Source: Tubiluchus corallicola (taxonomy: Eukaryota; Animalia; Priapulida). From it: a stretch of DNA of 64,000 nt. The notes below the pieces were generated by a model. That model was not told the DNA's origin. It did no database searches and worked only from the letters and a program-made list of their open reading frames with translations. The position numbers and the translations under genes are program-made. The stretch spans positions 26,305-90,304 of the forward strand of contig JAQGDQ010000835.1 of the NCBI GenBank assembly GCA_030141605.1, written 5' to 3'. Positions 13,245 to 25,340 of this stretch are shown here, one piece after another; position 1 is the first letter of the stretch; each line of letters opens with the position of its first letter.

Positions 13245-16200
13245 CTATAAAATGAGAAAAATTGATTAATTAATTGCACCTGAAATACAGCAATAATGTA
13301 GCATTTACGGAAAGTGACGACAACTTTAAATAACAATAATCAATTATTGAAATTTGACAAAGGAGTTTAAAATGCAAATCTGTTCATCTGATGATAACAA
13401 TAATAATAATTAAATGAGCCACTAAACCAGCAGAGGTGCCAAAGCCACGTTCCGATGCCACTAAACTGGCAGAAATTGCCTGGCCATACATGTCATTGCA
13501 CCATTGTATCCAAATGTGGCCAAGAAATTTCTGCCAGTTTAGTGGCACGGAATGTGGCTTTGGCACGTCTGCTGGTTTAGTGGCTGATTTAATTATATTA
13601 TTATTGATATCATCAGCCATTTTATACATACATACGCTTCCTCTACAATGTGCGAAAAGCGAGAATTAATGTCGTAAATGAAACCACTGAGAGTGAGTAA
13701 CATGCAGATCACCATTCCATTTACTGACCAGCCTCAGCATCATTCTGATTTACGGTCATTAAATATACAACACCGTGACCACTCGGCTATGTATGTCGTC
13801 TCAAAGTGTAACGTACTTTTGCACGAAATCAGGCCCATTTACTGCATTTACTACTTAAAAAACATTACGTACCTGCCCGGCACTGAACTGTCCACTTTGG
13901 TCTGCTTGTTGAGGCGCTTGCACAACTACCTGCTGACCACCGGGCATTTGAACAACCTGCTGTACTTGCGTTCCCGATGTTTGTAACACCTGTTGCACTT
14001 GACCGCCAGCTGTTTGTAACACCTGCTGTTGAGGTACCTGTACTATGATTGGTTGGTTTGCGCTCTGCTGCCCTAGCTGCATGCGAATCATTTGAAGCTG
14101 ACTTTGGGTTAACTGTATCTGTAAAAGAAAGTCACTTCTGAGATAAATTACAGCCAAATACACTTAAAGGAAGACCAGACGATTGTTTAGATTTAATCTC
14201 ATTTTAATTTACTGTCCAAAATATACATTTTCTTGCCTATAAACGTTAACAATTGTTTCTTGTATTTGAATAATAAGCTTAGAAAGTTAATTAACGGCAA
14301 CCGAACACAGCTATTGTTTACGTCAGAAACTAACCACAGTTTGTGCAATGGCAGTCATCTTCCCTTGTGCATCAAGCATGTTTGTGTAAGTGTTACTGTT
14401 TAAACGCGTGATGTCACGAAAATGGGCTCTGCGTCGTATGACGTCAGAAGCTAACACTGCAGTTCATGATCATGGTTATCACGGCACCGCCTTCTATTTG
14501 TTGGCCACGCGCATGTGACGAAAAGGCGCCGCTGCCAATCTTAGTAGATTCGCTGGGCCGCTCGTAGCTTTCAAAGTTTAACAAATTTTGAGCATCCGAG
14601 GTAATTATTATTTAATCTAAGCTTTGATTTAAAAAAAGCTATTGTAGCTATTCTCGAGTTTACACAATCGTCCGGTTTTCCTTTATGACTAACCTGCTTA
14701 ATTCTCATTTACTATTTATATCAGATATAATAACATGAACGACACAGTAAAAATAGTTGTGAAATTTATTCTGAACATGTCAGCTGTCCTAGTAGCCACC
14801 CCTGGCAAATTAAAACCCATAAATAAGACCAGAAGGGACTTACATTTTAGAAATCCAAGTGGTAACCCAACTGACAACAAAAATATAAAACAAATGTATT
14901 TTTTTTATTAAATAAACATACAACAAGCAATACAACACATCAGGATCTATTAAAAAATTAAAGCTAAAGTTTCATGACAGATATCTCAATACTTCGACCT
15001 TCTAAGACAGCCATTCTCAAAAGTGAGGAAATCTGATTTATCTGTCAGTAAATCATCTTCTGAACCCAAGATGATGACAATATACCAAAAAAAACCGGCA
15101 TTATATTTTTTCTAGCAAGTTTAGCAACATGATATTATTATCAAAATAAGCTTGGAAAAATCCAGTATCCTGCTAGTAAAATTCTAGACTAACACTACTA
15201 CAGTAAAAAGAAAATAATCAATTCTTACTGGAATTTGCTGTAAATCGTCACCACCTCCGACTTGCTGTATAATCTGTGCACCGGGCGTCTGACCGCCGGC
15301 CAACTGTAAGATTTGCTGACCACTTATAGTTTGTACTGGTTGTGCTGGTACTGCAGTGCTGGATTCTGTTGTTGTTGCAATTGCTGTGACCTAGAGAATT
15401 AATGTGAAGACATACATAAATTTATATATATAGAGAGAGATTTTCGTGTTTCTAATTTTCTAATCTGGCAATCCTATACTGAACCCAGGCCATTTACACG
15501 TAGTGCAACGCCTTATCCACTCTCCTACAACCTTGCTACAAGTATCGAGAAAGATATAATAATATAATCCACTAATGTTATAATATACGAAATATAGTCA
15601 ACCTCGGGTATGAGCTACTCGCTTATAAGGGGCCACCAACACCGGACCCGATTTTTCGTAACGTTTTTCCTTATAAAAATCTTTGTATATAAGGTACTCG
15701 GATATAAGGGACTTTCGGTTATAAGGTACCATATCTCGCATATAAGGGACCGTATAATCAAAGCGAAATTGATCGTTTTTTAACCTGAATTTTTCTCAAA
15801 CTCGGCCTTCGAACAGCTCAGATTCCGCGGTCACACACATTTCGCATCATTGAAGGAGCTTCCTACATACCGTTCGCACTGAATGTGTAGCAATAATCCA
15901 TAAAAATATGGGTAAAGCGCAGAAAAGTACAGGTCTAGACACACCCTCGGTCTGATTCAACTTTGTCTATAAGGGACATTGGATATAAGGGACGATTTTT
16001 TCCGGTCCGGAGCTGTCCCTTACATCCGAGGTTGACTGTAGTTAAACTTACCGTTTGAGCCAACTGTTGTTGCTGCTGCTGCTGCTGCTGTTGTTGTTGT
16101 TGTTGTTGTTGTTGCTGAAGAGCTTGTTGGGTTTGTTGTGCCAGAGTAAAGTAGTACTGTACTTGTTCTGGAACCATGGATGCAGTACGAGTAGTTTCCT

Positions 16201-19200
16201 CCTATTAAACAATGAATACAGTCTCAGTTAGAATGCGAAATAAGTTCAATTAGCTACTAAATGCCGTGTATGATATCAATAAGCTTTAGTGTCTGTTCAT
16301 TAAACTTGTTACAATATCAGACGGTTTTCACACCTCACTTAACATTAAAAGGAAAGCAGGATGATTTTTCATATACTACCCCACTTTCAAATCAGATAAA
16401 AAGTAAACATTTCAACACAATTAATACTGCAAAATTGTTTCTGATAATTAAATAATAGACTAAAGACTTAATTAACGGAGCGCGAGCCCAAATATTGATG
16501 ACATCGTAAACTAATAATTTTCAACATCAAAAATATTCCGTGAGCATGTTGCACGTGTTTGCGAAAGCGAAAATTTAGTACAGTGCTACTGTAAGATATT
16601 CAGTGTGCTGTACTAGAACTAGGCAAGTTTTAAGATAAAAATTCAAATTTCAAATTTACTGCTGTGTTGTCAAGCGTACGAGCTGTCGAAAGTGCATAGT
16701 TCGTCAAACACATTTGAACAAAAAATGTGAAAAAACTGTTGGCATATGTTTTGCTATATTAAAGAAAAACCGGGCGATTGTTTAGACTCAATCCCATTTT
16801 AATTTACTGTCCAAAATATATATTTTCTGGCCTATAAAAGTTAACAATTGTTTCTTATATTTGAATAATTAGCTTAGAAAGTTAATTAATGGCAACCGAG
16901 CACAGCTCTTGCTTGCATCAGAAACTAACCACAGTTTGTGCAATGGCAGGCATCTTCTCTGCGCGTCAAGCACGTTTGCATAAGTGTTACTGCTTAAATG
17001 CGTGATGTCCTGAAAATGGGCTTTACATCATATGACGTCAGAAACTAACACTGCAGTTCATGATTGTGCTTATCATGGTACCGCCTTCTATTTGTCGACC
17101 ACGCGAATGTGACAAAAAGGCGCCGTTGCCAATCTTAGTAGATTCACTGAGCACATGAATGATGACATGAAAAATGATGTACATTACACGCGTAGCTTTG
17201 AAAGTTGAACAAAATTTGAGTAGCCGAGGTAATTATTATTTAATCTAAGCTTTGATTTAAAATAAGCTATTGTAGTTTTCAATATACTTTATTCTGAACT
17301 AATGTTTACACAATCATCCGGTTTTATTTTAAGATAAAGCCGAGTAAATTGCCCTGCCCAGCGTCACTTGAAAGAAGCTGCCTTTCTGATGCACTTCACA
17401 AACTCTTAACAGCTGCCTGCATCAACGGCAGGAAAGGGTTAGGCAAGACCGAGTGTCAGCCTATCTCATGACTATTAAAAGTTATACGCTCAGATCTCGG
17501 TTTGCCGAACAAAAGTGGGGAAACACGGTTCGAATTTGCCGATTATCCGTATTTACCGATACTGAGCTAATACAGTAGGTGCATTGTATTAGACTCACGG
17601 GAAGAATCAATTGCTTAATTTTCTCGATTCTTCCGATGTCCATAAAATCGAGGATTGGCAAACCGAGAGATGATCGTAACTTGAAATTTTGATTTTCGAT
17701 ACGATTTTTCACCAATAATTGAATTCTGTGGTTATCACTGACACTCTAGTCTAGTCTAAAATGTTTTTTGTTTTGGTACTTACTCTTTTTGTTGATGGAG
17801 GTTTGAGCTCCTCTCTTGGTACAATGTCAATCAAAAAGTCGAATTGATCATACTTAGAAATGGCCATTGCTATGTCATTTCTCTGCACAAAGTCAAAAAA
17901 TTAATGAAGGTAATTAAGTCTATTAGGTCGGACATCAGTGTACGCTAAACGCTCTGCCTAAAAACTTTCCAAAATCTTAAAAAAAGATTTAGATTTTGTC
18001 AGGCCCTTGTTAACCCTAAACGCTTCAATGTCACAAAGTTGTATAAAAGAAATTTTTGTTGAAAACTCCTTGTGCCGTGTAAAGCTGAAAGCACAAGTCA
18101 GAAAATGAAGTCACAAACTCTTATAACAGACAATGATATTAAAATATTCTTAATTAAATTTTTTTCGTAGCATAATAAAATAGAAAAATTACTATTACTA
18201 TAATATTATATAACGATACCAGAATTTATTCATTTAACCATACACTCCTACACAACGCAAGACAGAATCTAACATTCAAAAGCATGGCCTAATAAACAAG
18301 TCATTAGTTCTGCTGACTGGATTCTGGTTCGATGCTAGAAGATCCCTCTTTACATGAGCCACTAAACTAGCAGAAGTATTTCTGCATATGTGTGCTTGCA
18401 TAGCAAAGTCGACCATAAGTCGGCAATTAAACTTTTCTAGTTATTCACATATGCATGAATCTCCATTTCATGAGGATCATTTTGATACCAAGCTCATCGC
18501 TCTATGTTATTTCTAAGCAGAGATAATTCACATTGAATTTATGGTGCACTGAAAAACATAACCTGAGAAAATCTCTGTTAAACTTAGCCATTGTTTTTTG
18601 TAGCGTTTCTATAAAACACTTAGCAACCGCACAAAAGGTTGGCTGCTATGGACTTTGCAAGAACACAGTGAAGTTATGTTTAAATCCAGTAGGTGGCTCT
18701 TCCTGACAAAGATCTGGGCTTGGCAACAGAAAAAACATGAAGCAAAATGGCTGCTTCCACGAGCTACTATTGGAGTTTGAAAATACAAGTTTTATGCAAT
18801 TTGCAATACTAGTTTCTAGACAGATAAATGGGTACGGGGTTACAAAATTAGATTTTTAGTATTTTTTATGATAATTTGAGGTTAGAATATAATAGTCCAA
18901 TATATTTAGCGTTTATAAAAAACAAAAATTGACATTTGACCAAATTTTTGGCAGTCTACATTGAAGCATCATAATGTAGTTTTAACTATGCCGTCTCGTG
19001 GACGGTTTTGGTTTGCAAGCACACATATATGCATCCTCAATTCACATGGTAGACAGCCAAGGTTTACCTCATAACGCTGCCTAGAGAGTATTGAACCCTG
19101 ACAGTCACATGACAATCACATAAAGCGTGTGAGTCTGTCCACAAATGAAAAGCGGTTAATCAAGCGAAGTTACGTTCTCCCTACCCCTACCAAGTGTCGC

Positions 19201-22042
19201 ACATATTGGTAAATCATTTCATCGAGTAAGATAGCGGCGCTGGAATGAAAAAGCCTCGGATGGGAGGTATAAGGCACGAGTGAAATAATAATTTTAGAAT
19301 TGTGGTAAGACTCGCGCTGGATACTTTTTCTAAAACTTGTTTAAACTTTTCAAGTTAAACAATTTTAGATGCCATGTATCTGTTTAATTTTTGAGTGTTT
19401 TATTAACTATTTTTCAGCTGTCCCAATACAACTCTGCCATTATCAGACCAAAATATAAAAACAGTTGGCAATTCGCTTTGTTACAGTATACATTTTGAAG
19501 GTGACAAAAGGATTTATTTTACATTAATTGCACTTAGGCTTTTGCTTTAAAAGTGCCATTTAAATTGAATATAGGTAATCAAATTAACTCGAGTTGTATA
19601 TTTGTAATCGTACTTGACTTAGAGAAAAATGTCTAACCGCACGCCCACTAGTATCCATTCAGCCATGAACCCCGCCCACTATGCAAAGGCTATGTATAAC
19701 TTCAATATTATTTATTGATGGGAAATTGAAATTTACACGGTAAGCTTATATTTTTATTTACCACTAAATTAAATGAGGATTCAAAGGAATAGTTAGCAAC
19801 TTTGCAAACATGTGAAAAACTTGTGCACTTTTCCTTTAACTAACCTGTAATGTTCGCCGCTTGTTGTCTTCAGTATGAATCCAAGATCGAAGCGTCAGTT
19901 CTTCAATAAAGATTTCTGCAGCTTTTGCAAAAAGAACTGGAGCTTCTGCACTGATCATTTTTACATCTTCATCCAACTTCATAATTTTCTTTATTCTGGC
20001 AAGTGGCAACTCTTGCATTTTAAAATCATTCTGAAAAGGCATGTAGTAAAACATACAGACAGAAGGGTAGTGCTATATTTTACAAATTTGCAGTAAAATG
20101 TACAGACACAGGCATTTTTAAAATTCACTTTCCGAATTATTAACACGAAGATTTCAATTTCAACACTGTGTACTTGAACAGGTAAAAAGAATTATTACCA
20201 CACAAACACAATTTCACATTTGCGCCACTAGTTTTTCACTGTTACATGCATTTCACCATTTGCTGGTTAGATGGGCAGTAGAGCCTGCATTTCAAAAACG
20301 CATTGCACAAAAAATAGGTGCTGTACCTCTCAGTTCAGATATGCCAATTTGTGACGAATTACACAAGTTCGACAGCTCATGCATAACACAGCGGTAAATT
20401 TAAAGCTTGAATTTTTATCTTAAAATTTGCCTAGTTCTAGTACAACACACTGAATCTCTTACAGTAGCACCGCACTTCAATTTTCACTTTTGCAAACACG
20501 CGCAACACGTCCGTGGAATATTTCTGCTGTTGAAAATTATGTTAGTTTGTGATGTCATCAATAGTTGAGCTCGCCCGCTGCTAATTAAGTTTTTAACCTT
20601 TTATTTAATTATCAGAAACACTTTTGCAATAATGTTGGTTTTAAAATGTATACTTTTTATCGGACTTGAAAATGGGGTTGTATATAAAAAATTATCCTAT
20701 CTTCCTTTAACATTTCTGTCAAATGAGACCTCAATTCATAATTACATATCTACGATATTTTTACATCACAATTATAATTATTTTGGTAAATAATCTAGTC
20801 AAAAAAGTATATCAGAATTATATTGTAAACTATAAATTTGAATATTTTGTAGAAAGGTCAATGTCAAGTAAGTCAAAGACTCCTGGGTTTACCATCTACA
20901 ATTTTGATGAAAACTTGGAAGAAATACAGCTCTACAGGCACAAGGGAAAACCACGTAGTTTCAGGGAAATTTTTGTTGCGGGTTCTGAACTATGACCCTC
21001 CAAATTTCCACCACCATTACACCAACTTGCATTTCATGTTCACGTGTAGATTCAGTATTTGTATGCGAACATCATTACACCAACTTGCATTTCATAGTTG
21101 GGCTCGCCCGCCATTAATTAAGATTTTAATCTATTGTTTAATTATTAGAAACGCTTTTGCAACATTAACTGTGCTAAAATATACATTTTTTATCGGACAC
21201 CAAAATGGGATAATATATGAAAAATCATCTTGTCTTTCTTTAAAGACATTTCATAACCTTGAAATGTAATTTTCCTAAGAAGTAAGATATGGGAGCAGCT
21301 ATAAGTAGCAAATGCTATTCATTAGCCAGACTACGTCTAATAAATGTACTGTGTGTAGATTACTGAGAAAACGAATCTGTTATTATTGACAATATTTACA
21401 GTCTGTATAAAATACACAGGATGGTGTTTATTGAAATCTGCATCAAATCGGATGTTTTGTATATCTTGTAGGCTCTGTTCAAATAACACGACGCATGATA
21501 AGGTAGTGAAGGTGTTATTATCGGAGCTATGACAGGCTCAAAACTTAACCATGTCAGGTCATGCGACAGATCCAAAGCTACTTCTGGATTTGTTATTTAA
21601 AGGCCTACATAACCCCAAAAAACAATGAAATTTTTTAACGCATTTTTATGATTAAACAAAGAATTCATAGTTATTATTAAACAAAAGAGACTTGTAAATT
21701 AAATATTCAATTCTGGGCTCTAGGAATTTACAGTTAAGAACAGATAAGGCAGAAAAACATGAGCAACTACAAAATTAAAGTTGTAAACAATTCTCTACAT
21801 ATTGAAAACATTGTAACAGACATTTAATTCACATGCCGCCGCATTTCCGGTGGAAAAAATTGTCAAATTTGCATTCAGTGACTTATATCTAGCATGTCCT
21901 ACTAGCATTTCTAGTAACTTACATTTCCAAAGCTTTGCATCTTGTCTGCCTGCTTTGTCCAAAAGTTCTGAAGCAGGGCCTGCGCTTCCGTGCCGCCAAT
22001 GCCCGGCAGATCAACCGTGAATGTAGGATTAGTCTGCGTCAT
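13140..22042 (-). CDS. NFYC: Nuclear transcription factor Y subunit gamma (NF-YC), spliced: join(21923..22042,19845..20030,17784..17882,16052..16201,15229..15390,13873..14118,13140..13244), 355 aa
   Basis: Histone-fold signature [57 protein letters not shown]|[23 protein letters not shown] followed by a Q-rich activation domain. All exons are bounded by GT/AG and join in frame. Confidence 0.96.
13412..13590. mobile_element. Short foldback/MITE with ~65-bp inverted arms in the last NF-YC intron
   Basis: AGCCACTAAACCAGCAGA...GGCAGAAATT versus AATTTCTGCC...TCTGCTGGTTTAGTGGCT, with a related fragment at ~18354. Confidence 0.8.
13873..14118 (-). CDS. NFYC: NF-YC coding exon 6 ([15 protein letters not shown]...SAGQ)
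   Basis: Acceptor TTTTACAG, donor GTACGT. The QQIP|IQL..QLQ.IR motif is typical of the NF-YC C-terminus. Confidence 0.9.
14164..14685. mobile_element. MITE family D (~520-570 bp, TTAA-flanked), second copy at 16759-17332
   Basis: TIR TTAAAGGAAGACCAGACGATTG / CAATCGTCCGGTTTTCCTTTA, with two colinear copies in NF-YC introns. Confidence 0.82.
15229..15390 (-). CDS. NFYC: NF-YC coding exon 5 (Q/T-rich)
   Basis: Open frame [11 protein letters not shown]...[18 protein letters not shown], acceptor TTCTCTAG, donor GTAAGA. Confidence 0.88.
15595..16038. mobile_element. MITE family C (Tc1/mariner-pogo type). Other copies at 60728-61182 and partial 58637-58832
   Basis: TIR CAGTCAACCTCGG, TA flanks, internal TATAAGGGAC repeats. 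Confidence 0.85.
16052..16201 (-). CDS. NFYC: NF-YC coding exon 4 ([12 protein letters not shown] plus Q18 tract)
   Basis: Conserved [10 protein letters not shown] motif, acceptor TTTAATAG, donor GTAAGT. Confidence 0.92.
17784..17882 (-). CDS. NFYC: NF-YC coding exon 3 ([33 protein letters not shown])
   Basis: Acceptor TTGTGCAG, donor GTAAGT, conserved DFLIDIVPR. Confidence 0.96.
18389..19025. mobile_element. MITE family B (~640 bp). Other copies at 22225-22846, 49898-50553, 50875-51271 (inverted, deleted) and 61857-62354 (deleted)
   Basis: ~37-bp imperfect TIR TGTGTGCTTGCA..CAAAATCGTCCATAAGTCGGCA and colinear interiors. Confidence 0.88.
19845..20030 (-). CDS. NFYC: NF-YC coding exon 2 (histone fold)
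   Basis: Acceptor TTTCAG, donor GTTAGT, 186 nt. Confidence 0.97.
21923..22042 (-). CDS. NFYC: NF-YC coding exon 1 ([40 protein letters not shown])
   Basis: ATG at 22042, donor GTAAGT at 21922-21917, upstream acceptor TTTTGTGCAG ending at 22081. The LQNFW motif precedes the histone fold as in other NF-YC proteins. Confidence 0.88.
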
Positions 22043-23949
22043 AACTACAACTTATGTCATTCTATGACTTTACGACAGCACTGCACAAAAATCTGAATCA
22101 ATTTAAAATTCTTTAAGTACACTGTGCTAGTTAAGAAGCTTGAATAATTCAACTGTATCTTAATGGTACCTGTAAATTAACAATAATAAGCTGACAGTCA
22201 GCATACTAAAATCATTATATAATTTGTGTGCTTGCATAGCAAAATCGTCTATAACTCGGCAATTAAGATTTTCTAATTATTCACATATCCTGAATTTCCA
22301 TTTCATGAGGATCATTTTGATACCAAGTTCATTGCTCTATGTTATTTCTAAGTTGAGATAATCCACGTTGAAGTTGAGGTGCAGGCTAGGCACTGAAAAA
22401 TGCTGTTAAAATCAGCCATTGTTTTTTGTCGTGTCTCTATAAAAAATACTTAGCAACCGTAAGAAAGTGTGGTTGCTATGGATTTTGCAACAGCAACTTG
22501 AAGTTACCTTTAAATCCAGTAGATGGCTCTTCCTGACGTTGATCTGGTTTTGTCAACGAAAAAACTTGAGGCAAAATGGCTGCTTCCACGAGCTACAAGA
22601 TTTTTACAATTGCAATACTATCTAGACAGAAAAGTGAGTAAGGAGTTATAAAATTAGATTTTTAGTATTTTTTGGACATTTTCCTTATAATCTGATGCTA
22701 GAATATATAAATCCGATATATTTAGCATTTGTTTTCATAAAAAATAAAAATTTGACCAAATTTTTGGTGCTTTCTACTTTGAAGCATCTTTAACTATGTA
22801 GTTTTAACTATGTCGACTTATGGACGGTTTTGGTTTGCAAGCACGCATTTTACTAATAATCTGAAGACGAAGATTTGGTCATGCCTTGCATGGCATGCGC
22901 GCATGCAGTGAAACGATTCGATTCGGACGTGGTGATGAAGCAACTAGCACAGCAGTGTGTAGTTTTTTTGCTGGATTATTGCTATGTGTATCTGTCTGAA
23001 GGGCAGATTTCTTTTGCCTTAGAATTCTGCCTCCCCAATGTCGAATTAATTTGGTACCCTATATTGATCATACCATGACAACTTCCACTTGTGAGACAAC
23101 ATAAATGTTAAACATAAGAGAGAAAACTTGTGATAAAACTATTAGAAGAGGTTTATTAAGAGAGACAACTATCGGCAAAAAGCCTACTTATAGGTAATCT
23201 AGGTAATATTAGTTTATTAGTTTATATTTATTCCATTTGCCATGACCAAATAATACATAAATATGGTGAAAATACAAAATACAGAATTAAAAGAAACAAG
23301 CATGTAAATAATAAAGTTGATTAATGGATTGCTGGGGCTGTCCAAAAAGAAAACTTGTAAAGGTCAGGCCCAATATGGCAAACAGAAAAACGTAGGTGCA
23401 AGAATAAAAGGTGGTTGATGGGAAAGAGTACGAAAAGTGAAAGGACACGAAAAATGTAATATAAAAGTGAGAAAAGAATAAAAACGTAAAAAATTAGAAT
23501 CACGTGAGCTAAGAATGTAAAAAATGTAAACAAATCAGCAAGGCAAACACAACTGCAAATGTTGAGAGGAGTCAGATTATGTCCACCAACCTACAAAATT
23601 TCTTTTAGTTCTTCTTGTTGTGGAGTATAGTCCATTCTTGTTCACCTTTGAGTGCGATATGAAACATTACAGATTATAAATGTTTGGATTATGGTCCATA
23701 ATAAAAAGTTTGAGGCTTTTTTATATTTATAAAAACTATATATATATATATATATGTGTATCATTTTTATTCGTACTCGCGGTACAATCACATCCAATAA
23801 ATAAACAGATCAACGAGCAAAATAACATTAATTAGCAAGATTAGCAAGCAATGTGAATATATACAATTAAGTGAGAGTAAGATATGTTAGTATGGCATAC
23901 AACTCATTTCATCAAACCAATTACGTTCTAGAGCCCATATAACTTCTGT

Positions 23950-24765
23950 AATGAAATTTACAGTCCGTATTTGTTCATTGCTAGCATTACCTCTTACATC
24001 TGATGTATAAAAAAAAACTTTGGAAAGAAAATTTTCATTTTGTGTAAAAAGTTTTGTACTCATTATAAATAGATAATAAATTAGAATCCATTATAGAAGA
24101 GGCATGAAATTGAGAATTATGTGCAAAGAAATTGGCTATATGATTTTCACTATATAAGCAACTATGGTAAAATTTAACAAATCGTTTTTGTAGTTGTTTA
24201 AGTGGAGGAACAATACCACATATAAAAGGAAGACAGTATCTGTGTGACCTAAACGGCAAATTCCAAAGTTTTCTTACTGCAACAGTCTAAGCTGTACTTA
24301 ATTTGGAAATTTTACTATCGAGTTTCCAGGTTTGACCTCCGTAGTAACTGTGACAGTAGCTACGGAAGACACGTGATTTTAAATCTGTGTATACGTAGGA
24401 AAAATTAGCAATAACATAATTAGGTAGGTATATAAAATGACTGAGTTTATCACAAATGTCATCATCATCTTGTAAATCAAAAGTTAAAATGTGACCCGGT
24501 GAGTAACCTGATTGCAAAAAGGCAATGGCCTGTTTTCAAGTAAAATTAGATGATTAATTGTTTTGTTTTACTTTACATTTACCATTTCTAAAAATAATAC
24601 ACTTACTTTTTACCTTACTATTTTGCATATTAGAGAAATTTATATTGAAATGATTACCATAATTTTCACATATAGTTACCATATATTGCAAAGATTTAGC
24701 AGTAGGTGGGAGCAATGATACATCATCTGCGTAGCCGAGGGCCCCAGTATAAATGTTGCCAACCT
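23950..24765 (-). mobile_element. Decayed CR1/L2-group LINE fragment with RT YADD motif
   Basis: GALGYADDVSLL at ~24745-24710, then FRSYCHSYYGGQTW and VRKLWNLPFRSH, with stops. Confidence 0.78.
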
Positions 24766-24769
24766 TATG

Positions 24770-25300
24770 TCATGATTTTATATGATTAGGTAGATAGTTC
24801 CAAATTAATGGCCCAGTAAAGGAAATGAAATGCTTAACAACATTCGTACGGCCATACGGTAGAAAGTATTGATTAAATCGTGTATTATGAAATCTTGCAT
24901 TCAGTTTGACAGGATTTTTGAAGAACTTGGGTAATAATTTGCTATTAGTTTTATACATGAAATTTGCAATATTATGAAACACTATGTTATGAATAGACAA
25001 GATGTTACATTGTTTAAAGAAAGAGTTAAATATTGGAGTGAATTTATTTTATCCAAAATATAAACAAAGAAATTTTCTTTGAAGACAACATAATGGGTTA
25101 AGATTTCTCATGTATGTACCTCCCCAAAGGGAACTAACTTAATTTAAATAAAGAGCGACTAAAGAATAATAAAGAGTAAGTATACGTAATATGGACAAAT
25201 TGTATCTAATATGGGACATAATACCGATATTTTTGGCTATTTTTAGACTAATCATTTTTATATGAGAGTTCCAGTCCAGATGTTCATGCAAAACTACACA
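24770..25300 (-). mobile_element. Decayed L2/Crack-like LINE ORF2 3' fragment
   Basis: VVLHEHLDWNSHIK..KIAKNIGI and HNTR...FTGPLIWNYLPNHIK. Confidence 0.78.
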
Positions 25301-25340
25301 TAAAAATAATAAGTAAGGGAGTAAATAATTTATTTGTTTC

